A stretch of 49,610 nt of DNA. Origin: Saprospiraceae bacterium. GTDB taxonomy: Bacteria > Bacteroidota > Bacteroidia > Chitinophagales > Saprospiraceae. The stretch covers positions 1-49,610 of the forward strand of contig JAUSMG010000233.1 in NCBI GenBank assembly GCA_030645295.1, given 5' to 3'. The stretch's first letter is position 1, and every line of letters starts with the position of its first letter. The position numbers and the translations under genes were made by a program. Below are positions 1 to 8,450 of this stretch, one piece after another. The notes under the pieces are model-generated. The model made no database searches. It was not told the DNA's origin and was given only the letters and a program-made list of their open reading frames with translations.

Positions 1-42
1 TACTGGGTCAGATGTCCCGGGAGAGTAGGTCGGTGCCAACTC
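1..42 (+). rRNA. rrf: 5S rRNA, 3-prime terminal fragment (gene begins upstream of the window)
   Basis: TACTGGGTCAGATGTCCCGGGAGAGTAGGTCGGTGCCAAC aligns with the conserved 3-prime end of bacterial 5S rRNA (E. coli ...GTAGTGTGGGGTCTCCCCATGCGAGAGTAGGGAACTGCCAGGC). The GAGAGTAGG core and closing-helix pattern are conserved. The exact 3-prime end is uncertain by a few nt. Confidence 0.7.
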
Positions 43-345
43 AATTTAACAAAATGCCTCGTTGTCTTCGGACAGCGGGGCATTCTTGTTTGGCGGTCTA
101 CCCTATTCATGGCTCATTTCCCGGCCGTGTAGAGCAGTTGCTTAAGAATCTCAGCCGGTTGACTGCTAGTGGACTAGTCGGCAAACTGGCCATTGCGCCC
201 AATAATAAAGTATTGTGGGATGGCTTCTACCCCAACTACTCGCTTTATCCAAAAGAAAACTATCACGCCAAATTGTAATTTTGTGGAGAAATCTCCCCAA
301 ATTCAGCCCGCCAAAGAACCAGTCACCCATCCACCAGTCTACCAA

Positions 346-457
346 CAGACTACTGGACATTTTAACACTGGACGTTAGACACGATTCAGCAAATGCATGA
401 TTTTCAAGTTTTTAGAGTGCAAATCCAAAGTCCAATGTCAAAATGTCCAGTAGTCTG
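346..457. repeat. Long imperfect hairpin downstream of 5S rRNA (28-nt arms, ~56-nt loop)
   Basis: CAGACTACTGGACATTTTAACACTGGAC (346-373) pairs with GTCCAATGTCAAAATGTCCAGTAGTCTG (430-457) with 2 mismatches. It is flanked by direct CCACCAGTC words. Confidence 0.6.
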
Positions 458-498
458 GTCTACCAATCCACCAGTCACCACTCCACCAATCACTATCC

Positions 499-1143
499 AT
501 GCTTTTTAACCTCGCAAAACAAGACTCCATCGCCAATCGTTTTGTAGCGGAGCTACGCAATGTAGAAACCCAACAAGACCGATTCCATTTCCGCCGCAAT
601 CTGGAGCGTTTGGGGGAAGTGCTGGCTTATGAGATCTCCAAAACACTAGTCTACGAACCCGTTGTTGTTGAAACCCCGCTTGGTGCTGCTACAGTGATGC
701 TTCCAGCGCAACGCATTGTATTGGCTACCATCCTTCGCGCAGGACTACCTTTCCACCAGGGTATGTTGAACTATTTTGACACAGCAGACAGCGTGTTTAT
801 TGGCGCATATCGGAAACACCACAAGGACGGCTCTTTCGAGATACAACTTGATTATGTAAGCAAGGTTAACTTAGACGGCTGCGTGCTCATCCTTGCCGAC
901 CCTATGCTAGCAACCGGTGCATCCTTGAACCTGGCGCTGAAAGAACTTGAACGCTTTGGAAACCCTGCTGCAATACATATTGCTGTCGTGGTTGCCAGTG
1001 TTGCGGGGGTGGAAGCGGTGCGCAGACGTTGGCCAAAAGCCCGCATTTGGGCGGGTGCTGTGGACGAGGAACTTACGGCTAAATCTTATATCGTTCCGGG
1101 TTTGGGGGATGCCGGGGATCTGGCATTTGGAGAGAAGCTGTGA
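499..1143 (+). CDS. upp: Uracil phosphoribosyltransferase
   Basis: 214 aa. PRPP-binding motif VLILADPMLATGAS and C-terminal uracil-binding IVPGLGDAGDLAFGEK are typical of Upp. Confidence 0.9.
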   Translation: MLFNLAKQDSIANRFVAELRNVETQQDRFHFRRNLERLGEVLAYEISKTLVYEPVVVETPLGAATVMLPAQRIVLATILRAGLPFHQGMLNYFDTADSVFIGAYRKHHKDGSFEIQLDYVSKVNLDGCVLILADPMLATGASLNLALKELERFGNPAAIHIAVVVASVAGVEAVRRRWPKARIWAGAVDEELTAKSYIVPGLGDAGDLAFGEKL

Positions 1144-1165
1144 ACTTTTTCCGACCTTTGCCCCT

Positions 1166-1819
1166 ATGGTACTAGAAGCCAAAGACATCCATAAATCATA
1201 CGGCCCCCTGGAAATCCTCAAAGGGGTGAATCTCGAAATTCCCAAGGGCGAAATCCTGAGCATCGTCGGCAAGTCCGGCGCTGGCAAAAGCACGCTGCTG
1301 CATATCCTGGGCACACTCGATTGGGCTGATAAAGGCGAGATGACCATCGCCGGGCAGCGTATCAAATCATTGAATGCCAATCAATTGGCCGCATTTAGAA
1401 ATCGCCACATCGGGTTTGTGTTTCAATTCCATCATTTATTGCCGGAATTTACTGCACTTGAAAACGTGTGTATTCCTGGCTTTATCCAACGCAAAAATGA
1501 TGCAGATGTGAAACGACGGGCCGAAGAGTTACTCGATTATCTCGGCCTGCACGACCGACTTAGCCATAAGCCTATGCAACTCTCTGGCGGTGAACAGCAA
1601 CGCGTGGCAGTGGCACGAGCGCTCGTTAATCAACCCGACATCATCTTCGCAGACGAGCCTACGGGAAACCTCGACTCCTCTGCCTCCAAAGACTTACACC
1701 AACTCATCCGCCAACTCCGCAACGATTATGGACAAACCTTTGTTATTGTGACCCACAATAAGGAATTGGCCGAACTTTCAGACCGGTGCCTGGAAATGAA
1801 AGACGGGCTTCTGGTGTAG
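1166..1819 (+). CDS. ABC transporter ATP-binding protein, LolD/MacB-like
   Basis: Walker A GKSGAGKST, signature LSGGEQQR, Walker B IIFADEPT. I chose the ATG at 1166 (MVLEAKDIHKSYG) because the longer ORF from 947 overlaps upp. Confidence 0.85.
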   Translation: MVLEAKDIHKSYGPLEILKGVNLEIPKGEILSIVGKSGAGKSTLLHILGTLDWADKGEMTIAGQRIKSLNANQLAAFRNRHIGFVFQFHHLLPEFTALENVCIPGFIQRKNDADVKRRAEELLDYLGLHDRLSHKPMQLSGGEQQRVAVARALVNQPDIIFADEPTGNLDSSASKDLHQLIRQLRNDYGQTFVIVTHNKELAELSDRCLEMKDGLLV

Positions 1820-1858
1820 CGTTTCAAACAGCAAAACCGGATAACAGGAAAATATACA

Positions 1859-3016
1859 ATGAAAAATTGTGCCCACCCGACCCCTCTTCGCGGTTTTGCA
1901 TTTTACATTTTGCATCTTGTATTTTGCGGATCTCTACTGAGCGTCTCCTGTGCCGCTCCGCGCAAACCAGCCAGTGATCTTCAAGCCGTTAAGTTTTCTG
2001 AACGCCCTAAAAATATCATTTTCCTGATCGGGGATGGCATGGGCGCTGCGCAAGTATCGGCGCATATCTATTGGATGGGCGTGGGCAAAACGGTGTTCGA
2101 AAAATTCCCGGTAGTAGGCTTTCACAAGAGTCACGCTTATGATTACCGGGTGACGGATTCGGCAGCGGGCGCCACTGCATTTGCCTGTGGTCAGAAGACC
2201 ACACTCGGCGCCATTGGGGTATTGCCTCCAGACGAACGCCCTTGTCCCACTATTCTAGAAGATCTTGATCGTCAAGGGTTTGCGACCGGAATGGTAACAA
2301 CCTGTACAGCCACCCACGCCACCCCAGCCTGCTTCATCTCCCACAGTGAACTGCGGGCCTTTACAGAAGATATTGCGCTTGATTACCTCCGGACTCCCTT
2401 CGATTGCCTCATTGCTGGCGGAGAAAACATGTTCGGTCTGCGCCCCGACAAGATCAATTTGCTGGACTCGCTTCGTGCACGCGGCTATGTAGTGCGGCGC
2501 GGCATCGGTTTTAATGATCTCCCGCTCGACGGCTCCCGGCCTTTTGTGAATTTTACCAATGAAATGGAGCCCCCAACAGCTTCTGCCGGACGGGAATATC
2601 TGCCACGCGCAACCCGTTTGGCCTGCAATTTTCTGCAAAAACGCTCCGAAAAAGGCTTTTTTTTAATGGTTGAAGGTAGCCAGATCGATTGGGCCAGCCA
2701 CACCAACGATCGCAATTGGCTCCGGGCTGAAATGGCCGACTTTGATAAAACAGTGCGGGCAGCGTTGGAATTTGCGGCTTCTAATGGGGAGACGCTGGTG
2801 GTCGTAACAGGCGATCACGAGTGCGGTGGGCTTGCACTGAATCAAACGGAATTGCGCAAACAGTTCAAGCCCGAATTTACCTCTAAAGTACATACGGCAG
2901 CCATGGTTCCCGTGTACGCCTTCGGTCCTCAGGCTGAGTCGTTTTCGGGGATTTATGAGAACACGGAGATATATTTCAAAATGCGCGCTGCATTGGGGTT
3001 TAAAAGTTTCAAGTAA
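1859..3016 (+). CDS. Alkaline phosphatase (PhoA family), secreted
   Basis: 385 aa with an N-terminal signal-like segment. Motifs GDGMG, active-site TDSAAGATAF, EGSQIDWASH and TGDHECGG. The last codons (GFKSFK*) lie inside the word palindrome at 3002-3176. Confidence 0.85.
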   Translation: MKNCAHPTPLRGFAFYILHLVFCGSLLSVSCAAPRKPASDLQAVKFSERPKNIIFLIGDGMGAAQVSAHIYWMGVGKTVFEKFPVVGFHKSHAYDYRVTDSAAGATAFACGQKTTLGAIGVLPPDERPCPTILEDLDRQGFATGMVTTCTATHATPACFISHSELRAFTEDIALDYLRTPFDCLIAGGENMFGLRPDKINLLDSLRARGYVVRRGIGFNDLPLDGSRPFVNFTNEMEPPTASAGREYLPRATRLACNFLQKRSEKGFFLMVEGSQIDWASHTNDRNWLRAEMADFDKTVRAALEFAASNGETLVVVTGDHECGGLALNQTELRKQFKPEFTSKVHTAAMVPVYAFGPQAESFSGIYENTEIYFKMRAALGFKSFK

Positions 3017-3176
3017 AAAGTAGCAAGTTTAAAGTGGCAAGTTTAAAGTGGCAAGTAGTGCCTTGGCTAAGTGCTACTTGAAACTTGGGACTTGAAACTT
3101 GTCACTTGAAACTTGTCACTTGTCACTTGAAACTTGTCACTTGAAACTTGAAACTTGACACTTGAAACTTGTCACT
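3002..3176. repeat. Word palindrome: AAGTGGCAAGTTT-type tandem words, loop, then ACTTGAAACTTGTCACTTG-type words
   Basis: The left arm (3002-3062) is made of AAGT(G/A)GCAAGTTTA units. The right arm (3071-3176) is made of the reverse-complement words ACTTGAAACTTGTCACTTG repeated about 6 times. The arms are unequal in length. Confidence 0.8.
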
Positions 3177-3251
3177 AACCCCTTTTTTAAAATTTCCTTT
3201 GGAAATCCCCCCCAGAAACACCCTTACTTCAAAACTTTCGGGAACATTCCT

Positions 3252-3282
3252 TTTGAATTCATAAACTATTGCCCTACTTTTG
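3252..3282 (+). promoter_or_regulatory. Candidate Bacteroidota sigma-A promoter for rpsO (-33 TTTG, -7 TACTTTTG)
   Basis: TTTG at 3252-3255 and TACTTTTG at 3275-3282 with 19-nt spacing match the Bacteroidetes TTTG/TAnnTTTG consensus. Confidence 0.45.
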
Positions 3283-3345
3283 CCCCGCTAAAAGCGGATG
3301 GATAGGCAATAACTGCCGTTTGACCCTCGGAAATTCGCTTTAGGT

Positions 3346-3434
3346 AATGATGAATGATGAATGATGGATGATGAATTTTGTTTCATCTTCTATTATTCGG
3401 AGATTCATCATTCAACATTCATCATTTATCATTC
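3346..3434. repeat. Word palindrome (AATGATGA / TTCATCAT words) abutting the rpsO start codon
   Basis: AATGATGAATGATGAATGATGGATGATGAA (3346-3375) pairs with TTCATCATTCAACATTCATCATTTATCATT (3404-3434). The right arm ends 5 nt before the rpsO ATG. Confidence 0.8.
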
Positions 3435-3439
3435 AAAAA

Positions 3440-3715
3440 ATGGCAGTTTACTACAGCAAAGAAAAGATCGCCGAAATCACGACGAAGTACGGCGAAAACC
3501 CAAACGACACTGGTAACACAGAAGTACAAGTAGCGCTTCTTACTTACCGCATCGAGTGTCTTTCAGATCACCTTCGGAAGTTCAAAAAAGACCACTCCAC
3601 ACGCCGTGCCCTGCTTACCATGGTAGGCCAGCGCAAAAGTTTTTTGTCTTACTACGCTAAGAAAGACATTTACAAATACCGCGCGCTCATCGAAAAACTC
3701 GGTCTGCGTAAATAA
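3440..3715 (+). CDS. rpsO: 30S ribosomal protein S15
   Basis: 91 aa from the ATG at 3440 (MAVYYSKEKIAEI...). GNTEVQVALLTYRI and DHSTRRALLTMVGQRK are canonical S15. The ORF-track extension to 3368 is encoded by the palindrome and was rejected. Confidence 0.92.
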   Translation: MAVYYSKEKIAEITTKYGENPNDTGNTEVQVALLTYRIECLSDHLRKFKKDHSTRRALLTMVGQRKSFLSYYAKKDIYKYRALIEKLGLRK

Positions 3716-3726
3716 TCAACCCTTAC

Positions 3727-3767
3727 AAAATCCGTCCCGTTTCAATGAATCGGGGCGGATTTTTTTG
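3727..3767 (+). terminator. Rho-independent terminator/attenuator after rpsO
   Basis: AAAATCCGTCCCG (loop) CGGGGCGGATTTTTTT: GC-rich stem with one G-U pair followed by a T7 run. Confidence 0.75.
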
Positions 3768-3952
3768 AATTCCCCAAAAGTCGCCTGAAACCCGCCTGCC
3801 TTAATAAATCCGTCCCGAGAAAAGGGGCGTTCAGATATTTTTCACCCGTCCGGGTTTGTGCAGAGCAATGCGCTTTTCGCTAAAAATGCCCCTCAGACAC
3901 GGGGAAAACTTGCCAAAAACGGGGATTAATGTTCCCCCACACAAAGACACAG

Positions 3953-4029
3953 GTTATGATGTATGATGTATGATGTATGAACAAGAAACGATTTATGTTT
4001 CATACATCATACATCATACATCATACATC
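3953..4029. repeat. Word palindrome (ATGATGT / ACATCAT words) in the pnp leader
   Basis: GTTATGATGTATGATGTATGATGTATGAA (3953-3981) pairs with TTCATACATCATACATCATACATCATACATC (3999-4029), giving a near-perfect stem of about 28 bp. Confidence 0.8.
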
Positions 4030-4110
4030 TCGGCTTCGCCGCCTGCCTCTTTGTGTGATTTTTTCGGTTTTTGCGCATTTTCCCACGGCCTGAATTGGCT
4101 TTTTCTGTGA

Positions 4111-4149
4111 ACTGCTACTGCTAAGTGCCACTGCCAACTGCCAACTGCT
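4111..4149 (+). repeat. Tandem CTGC(C/T)A(A) word array upstream of pnp
   Basis: ACTGCTACTGCTAAGTGCCACTGCCAACTGCCAACTGCT. Direct repeats only; no inverted partner was seen. Confidence 0.6.
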
Positions 4150-4181
4150 TCTAAACCTCGGACACAACCTTATCTTAAACA

Positions 4182-6512
4182 ATGGGAAAGCAAATCCCGC
4201 TGCGTACCACGTTCAATCTGCCGGACGGACGTGAGATCGCACTCGAAACGGGCAAACTAGCCGCGCAAGCTGACGGCGCTGTTCTGCTCCAAATGGGTGA
4301 CACGATGCTTCTATGCACGATTGTCAGTGCCCTCAAGGCCAAAGAAGGCCAACCTTTCTTCCCGCTTTCAGTGGATTACCAGGAAAAATATGCCGCTGTG
4401 GGTCGTATCCCTGGCAACTTTTTCCGCCGGGAAGCCCGGATTTCAGATTATGAAATCCTCATTTGCCGTCTCGTGGACCGTGCCCTGCGCCCGCTCTTCC
4501 CTGATGGTTACATGAACGACACGCAGGTGATCATCAACCTCATCAGCGCCGACAAAGACATCATGCCAGACGCTTTGGCTGGTCTGGTCTGTTCGGCAGC
4601 CGTTGCGGTAAGCAACATCCCTGTTGAAGCCCTCTTCTCAGAGGTTCGTGTAGCACGGATCAACGGCGAGTTCGTCATCAACCCGGGACGCAAAGCCCTC
4701 GAAGCAGCGGACATGGATTTCATCGTTGCGGCGACCAAAACCGACATCACGATGGTGGAGGGTGAAGCAGACGAATGCCAGGAGGAAGAACTCGTGTCGG
4801 CCATGAAATTCGCGCACGAAGCCATTAAAGTCCAAATTGAAGCTCAGGAAAGACTCGCGGCACTGGTTGGTGAAAGCGCTACCGTGAAACGTGCGTTGCC
4901 CGAAGTGCCCGAAAACGAAGCGCTGAAAATGCGCATCGAAGCCCTTGCAAGTCCTGATATCTACACCCTTGCCCGCAGCGCCTCTGACAAAGATACGCGC
5001 AAAATGCGCCTGGATGAGATCAAGACCGAAACGATGGCCAAGGTGCTCGAAGAGTTTGGCGACGAAACTATGGCTGAATGGAAACTGGCTGCTGAGCGCT
5101 ATTTTGACAAGATTAAAAAGCACGTCATCCGCGACATGGTGCTGACCGACAGCAGGCGTCTTGACGGGCGCAAGTTCGACGAAGTACGCAGCATCTGGTG
5201 CGAAGTGGATTATTTGCCCTCTGCACACGGTTCAGCCCTCTTCACACGGGGCGAAACGCAATCGCTCACTTCGCTTACCCTTGGTACCAAGCAGGACAAA
5301 GCATTGATTGATATCGCGCTCGATCCACACGACGAGAAGTTCCTGTTGCACTACAACTTCCCGCCCTATTCTACGGGCGAAGTGAAACCGATGCGCGGCC
5401 CCGGTCGCCGGGAGGTCGGCCACGCCAATCTGGCGGCCCGTTCTATCCGCAAGGTGTTCCCGGCTGATTTTGCCTACACCGTGCGCGTAGTGTCCGACAT
5501 CCTTGAGTCGAATGGCTCTTCCTCCATGGCTACCGTGTGCGCAGGTTCGCTCGCGCTTATGGATGGCGGTGTGCCGTTGAAGGCGCCTGTAGCAGGCATT
5601 GCCATGGGTGCCATCGCGGATGAAAAAGGCCGCATTGCGATCCTTTCTGACATCCTCGGCGACGAGGACGCCTTGGGTGATATGGACTTCAAAGTGACTG
5701 GAACTGCCAACGGCATTTGTGGTACACAGATGGACATCAAGATCGATGGAATGCCTTATGAGATGCTTACCAAAGCACTCCTGCAAGCCCGCGCCGGACG
5801 AATCCACATTCTGGGTGAGATGGCAAAAGCGCTTGATACCCCCCGGGAAGACCTCAAGCCACATGCTCCACGGGTGGTTGAGTTCCGCATAGAGCGCGAC
5901 TACATTGGCGCGGTCATCGGACCTGGTGGCAAGATCATTCAAGAAATGCAGCGCCAAACCGGCACGACCATCAGCATCGAAGAGGACGAAAAAGGCGGCA
6001 TCATAGCCATATTCGGTCCCAATAAGGAGGCGCTTGATTCGGCTTATGCCCGCATCCAGCAAATCGTGTTTATGCCCGAGGTGGGTTCGATATTTGAAGG
6101 TGAAGTGGAAGAACTGGCCGATTACGGTGCATTTATCAAATTCAAAGGCAAAACGGGATTGTTGCACGTTTCAGAATATGACCATCGTCGCATCGAGCAC
6201 ATCAGCGAAGTGCTGAAAGTAGGCGAAACGGTCAAGTTCAAAATTCTGGACGTAGATCCTAAAACGGGCAAGATGAAACTCTCGCGCCGTGCTATAGTAG
6301 CCAAACCTGACGGCACGATGCCGACCGATGAGGAGAACGACGCCCGTGCGAATCGCGGTGGCGGTGGCGACCGCGGTGGCGATCGCCGTGGCGGCGGTGG
6401 CGGGGGTGGTCGCGGTGGTGACGACCGTCGCGGTGGCGGCGGCGGCCGTGGCGGCGATGATCGTCGCGGTGGAGGCGGAGGCGGTGGCTTTGGCGGTGGA
6501 AGAGGACGATAG
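4182..6512 (+). CDS. pnp: Polyribonucleotide nucleotidyltransferase (PNPase) with a C-terminal RGG-rich tail
   Basis: 776 aa. It has two RNase PH-like domains, KH (GPGGKIIQEMQRQTG) and S1 (GAFIKFKGKTGLLHVSE). The final ~53 aa are almost entirely R/G/D. Confidence 0.95.
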   Translation: MGKQIPLRTTFNLPDGREIALETGKLAAQADGAVLLQMGDTMLLCTIVSALKAKEGQPFFPLSVDYQEKYAAVGRIPGNFFRREARISDYEILICRLVDRALRPLFPDGYMNDTQVIINLISADKDIMPDALAGLVCSAAVAVSNIPVEALFSEVRVARINGEFVINPGRKALEAADMDFIVAATKTDITMVEGEADECQEEELVSAMKFAHEAIKVQIEAQERLAALVGESATVKRALPEVPENEALKMRIEALASPDIYTLARSASDKDTRKMRLDEIKTETMAKVLEEFGDETMAEWKLAAERYFDKIKKHVIRDMVLTDSRRLDGRKFDEVRSIWCEVDYLPSAHGSALFTRGETQSLTSLTLGTKQDKALIDIALDPHDEKFLLHYNFPPYSTGEVKPMRGPGRREVGHANLAARSIRKVFPADFAYTVRVVSDILESNGSSSMATVCAGSLALMDGGVPLKAPVAGIAMGAIADEKGRIAILSDILGDEDALGDMDFKVTGTANGICGTQMDIKIDGMPYEMLTKALLQARAGRIHILGEMAKALDTPREDLKPHAPRVVEFRIERDYIGAVIGPGGKIIQEMQRQTGTTISIEEDEKGGIIAIFGPNKEALDSAYARIQQIVFMPEVGSIFEGEVEELADYGAFIKFKGKTGLLHVSEYDHRRIEHISEVLKVGETVKFKILDVDPKTGKMKLSRRAIVAKPDGTMPTDEENDARANRGGGGDRGGDRRGGGGGGGRGGDDRRGGGGGRGGDDRRGGGGGGGFGGGRGR

Positions 6513-6568
6513 TTAACGACTTTTAGAGGATTGGGGGACATTGAGTTACCCAGTCGATTGCAGGATAT

Positions 6569-6604
6569 AACCCCGTTGAGCGTATGCTTGACGGGGTTTT
6601 TTAT
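6569..6604 (+). terminator. Rho-independent terminator after pnp
   Basis: AACCCCGT (14-nt loop with an inner AGC/GCT pair) ACGGGGTT followed by TTTTATTATT. Confidence 0.8.
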
Positions 6605-6689
6605 TATTGTAAAAGGCTTGGATTTGCTAGAGACGGTGGCTTGCGTTTTTTAAGGACTATTGTATCTTACGGCGAAAAGTCACTTACCT

Positions 6690-7918
6690 ATGCGACACCT
6701 CCTACCCGCCTTTTTTACGCTTTTCAGCCTGTCCATCTTCGCGCAAACTTTCCCCACACCCCCACAGTTTTTTATCGAAACCTGTGTCCCGGTACCGAGC
6801 GATACCATTCGTGTGTGCGACGGCACGGACTGCGACTTTAACAATGACGAGTTACAAGCGGCACTCAATGCTGCCCAGGCAGGCACCGTTATCTTGCTTG
6901 AAGCGGGCGCCATTTATACCAGCCCCTTCACGCTTCCGGAAAAACCAGCATCCCCTGGCTGGATCACCGTGCGCACTGCCGCTCCGGACGCTGCACTTCC
7001 GCCGGCCAATACCCGCATAACACCGGCTTTTGCATCGGTGTTACCCAAAATCATCGCGCCGCCATTTTTGCAGGCCATCGTCACCCAGAGCCGTGCGCAC
7101 CACTGGTATTTTCTCGGCGTTGAGTTTGCCAGCGCAGCATTCAGCTATAACATCGTAGCGATCGGAACCAGCGAAACCAGCGAAGCCAACCTGCCGCATG
7201 ACCTGACTTTCGACCGCGTGTATGCCCACGGCCACCCGACCCAGGGAAGCCGCCGCGCTTTTGCTGGCGATGGTTTTCGAATTGCACTGGTGAATAGTTG
7301 GGTGAGCGACTGCAAGGAAGTCGGAGCGGACAGTCAGGCCTTCTGCGCCTGGAACGGCACGGGGTTCAAACTTGTCAATAACCCTGGTCGGTAAAGAATA
7401 TTTTTGAATTGAAAAATGCCCAGCGCTTGTGGGTGCAAGGCAATGTAATGGAACAAAATTGGGCCCATGCGCAAACAGGTTTTGCTGTGCTTTTCACACC
7501 GCGCGGTGAAGCGGGCGCTACGGACTGGGGCCGGGTAAACGACATACTTTGGGAAGACAGATATCGGTGCTAACCTGGACTCTGTAATGCTGCGCACGGC
7601 GGGCGCTATTCCGGGTATTTTTATGAGTTGCCCCGATGCGACAAGTTCAGTTACGTCGCCGTTCGACGACCTAGTTGCTTTGACTGTTTTTCCAAACCCT
7701 GGCACAGCAAGTTTTACGGTGCAAGGTTTTACCCCGGAAGCCATGCAGGCCGGAGGCGCAACGATGATTGAAGTTTGGGATGTCCGGCCTGCCTGCGCTC
7801 CGTTTCCTTCGCAGGAGCAACGGTGAACACCGAGGGGCTGCCCGACGGGCTGTATCTGATTCGTGTTTTGGAAAAAAATCGGGTACAGGTAATAAAATGG
7901 GTAAAAGGAAGCCAGTAA
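6690..7918 (+). pseudogene. Disrupted gene for a secreted beta-helix-like protein with a T9SS type A C-terminal sorting domain
   Basis: A signal peptide (MRHLLPAFFTLFSLSIFAQ) opens a 235-aa frame-0 piece ending at 7394. Continuation is in frame 2 (7382-7573, PWSVKNIFELKNAQRLWVQGN...), then frame 0 (7539-7826, ...TDIGANLDSV...VFPNPGTASFTVQG...IEVWDV), then frame 2 to 7918 (...GLPDGLYLIRVLEKNRVQVIKWVKGSQ*). The sorting domain is split across two frames. Confidence 0.7.
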
Positions 7919-7937
7919 AAATTCGCTTGCCTGTCAA

Positions 7938-8450
7938 TCAATGACATTTAAAGTAGTCAAAGGGCTCCAGACACTCCTGACAACGAAACAAGGATTTGCA
8001 AGCGGTAGAGCCAAATTGAGAGATCATCTCTGTGTCCGTAGAGCCACAATGCGGACAAACCAATGCCCGGCGTTCGCCCATTAAAGCCTTTTTATCAAGG
8101 CTTGCTTCGGCGGGCGGCGCGATGCCGTATGCCTGAAGTTTTTGGCGACCTTCTGCGGACAGCCAATCCGTCGTCCAGGCAGGGGAGAGTACCGTTGTTA
8201 CCCGGACGTTTTCAAAACCACCTTCCTGCAACGCGGCACGGATGTTTACCTCGATCACCCCCATGGCAGGGCAACCGCTGTAAGTAGGCGTGATCACAAC
8301 TTCCAGCGCACCATCGTCGGCCAAGCGCACATCACGTATGATTCCTAAGTCATTCACCGTGAGTACGGGGACTTCCGGGTCCGTCACGGATTCGAGTAGG
8401 TGACGGGCTTTCTCGAGAAGTTGATTATGGCTTGGCATTGCCATACGCAT
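7938..8450 (-). CDS. PaaD-like protein (DUF59/MIP18 domain plus C-terminal zinc ribbon)
   Basis: VTDPEVPVLTVNDLGIIRDV and ITPTYSGCPA are DUF59-like. The C-terminal CPHCGS...CQEC ribbon and FDYFK ending are typical of the PaaD family. The start may be 8438. It overlaps the end of the upstream rhodanese gene. Confidence 0.7.
   Translation of the reverse strand: MRMAMPSHNQLLEKARHLLESVTDPEVPVLTVNDLGIIRDVRLADDGALEVVITPTYSGCPAMGVIEVNIRAALQEGGFENVRVTTVLSPAWTTDWLSAEGRQKLQAYGIAPPAEASLDKKALMGERRALVCPHCGSTDTEMISQFGSTACKSLFRCQECLEPFDYFKCH

Noticed and set aside
12-400. Four overlapping ORFs of 61-88 aa directly after the 5S rRNA fragment
   Set aside because: They overlap one another in different frames. 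They cover the rRNA 3-prime end and a hairpin or word-repeat spacer, and they have no recognisable motifs. I treated them as non-coding rRNA-operon trailer.
947-1165. N-terminal extension of the ABC ATPase ORF back to 947
   Set aside because: It overlaps the last 197 nt of upp in another frame. The conserved ABC N-terminus (MVLEAKDIHKSYG) begins at the ATG at 1166.
3368-3439. 24-codon N-terminal extension of rpsO (MMNFVSSSIIRRFIIQHSSFIIQK)
   Set aside because: It is encoded entirely by the AATGATGA/TTCATCAT palindrome. S15 is normally about 89-91 aa, and the conserved sequence starts at the ATG at 3440.
5232-6167. 311-aa antisense ORF inside pnp, and similar long antisense ORFs at 4638-5228, 10577-11131, 17314-18033, 20068-20871, 24496-25053, 30477-31019 and 36759-37340
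   Set aside because: Each is opposite a CDS with strong family motifs, and none has motifs of its own. This is typical of open antisense frames in GC-balanced coding DNA.
6122-6541. 139-aa antisense ORF with a long poly-proline/arginine run
   Set aside because: It is the mirror image of the PNPase RGG-tail repeat (GGN/CGN read backwards gives CCN). It lies wholly inside a well-supported gene.
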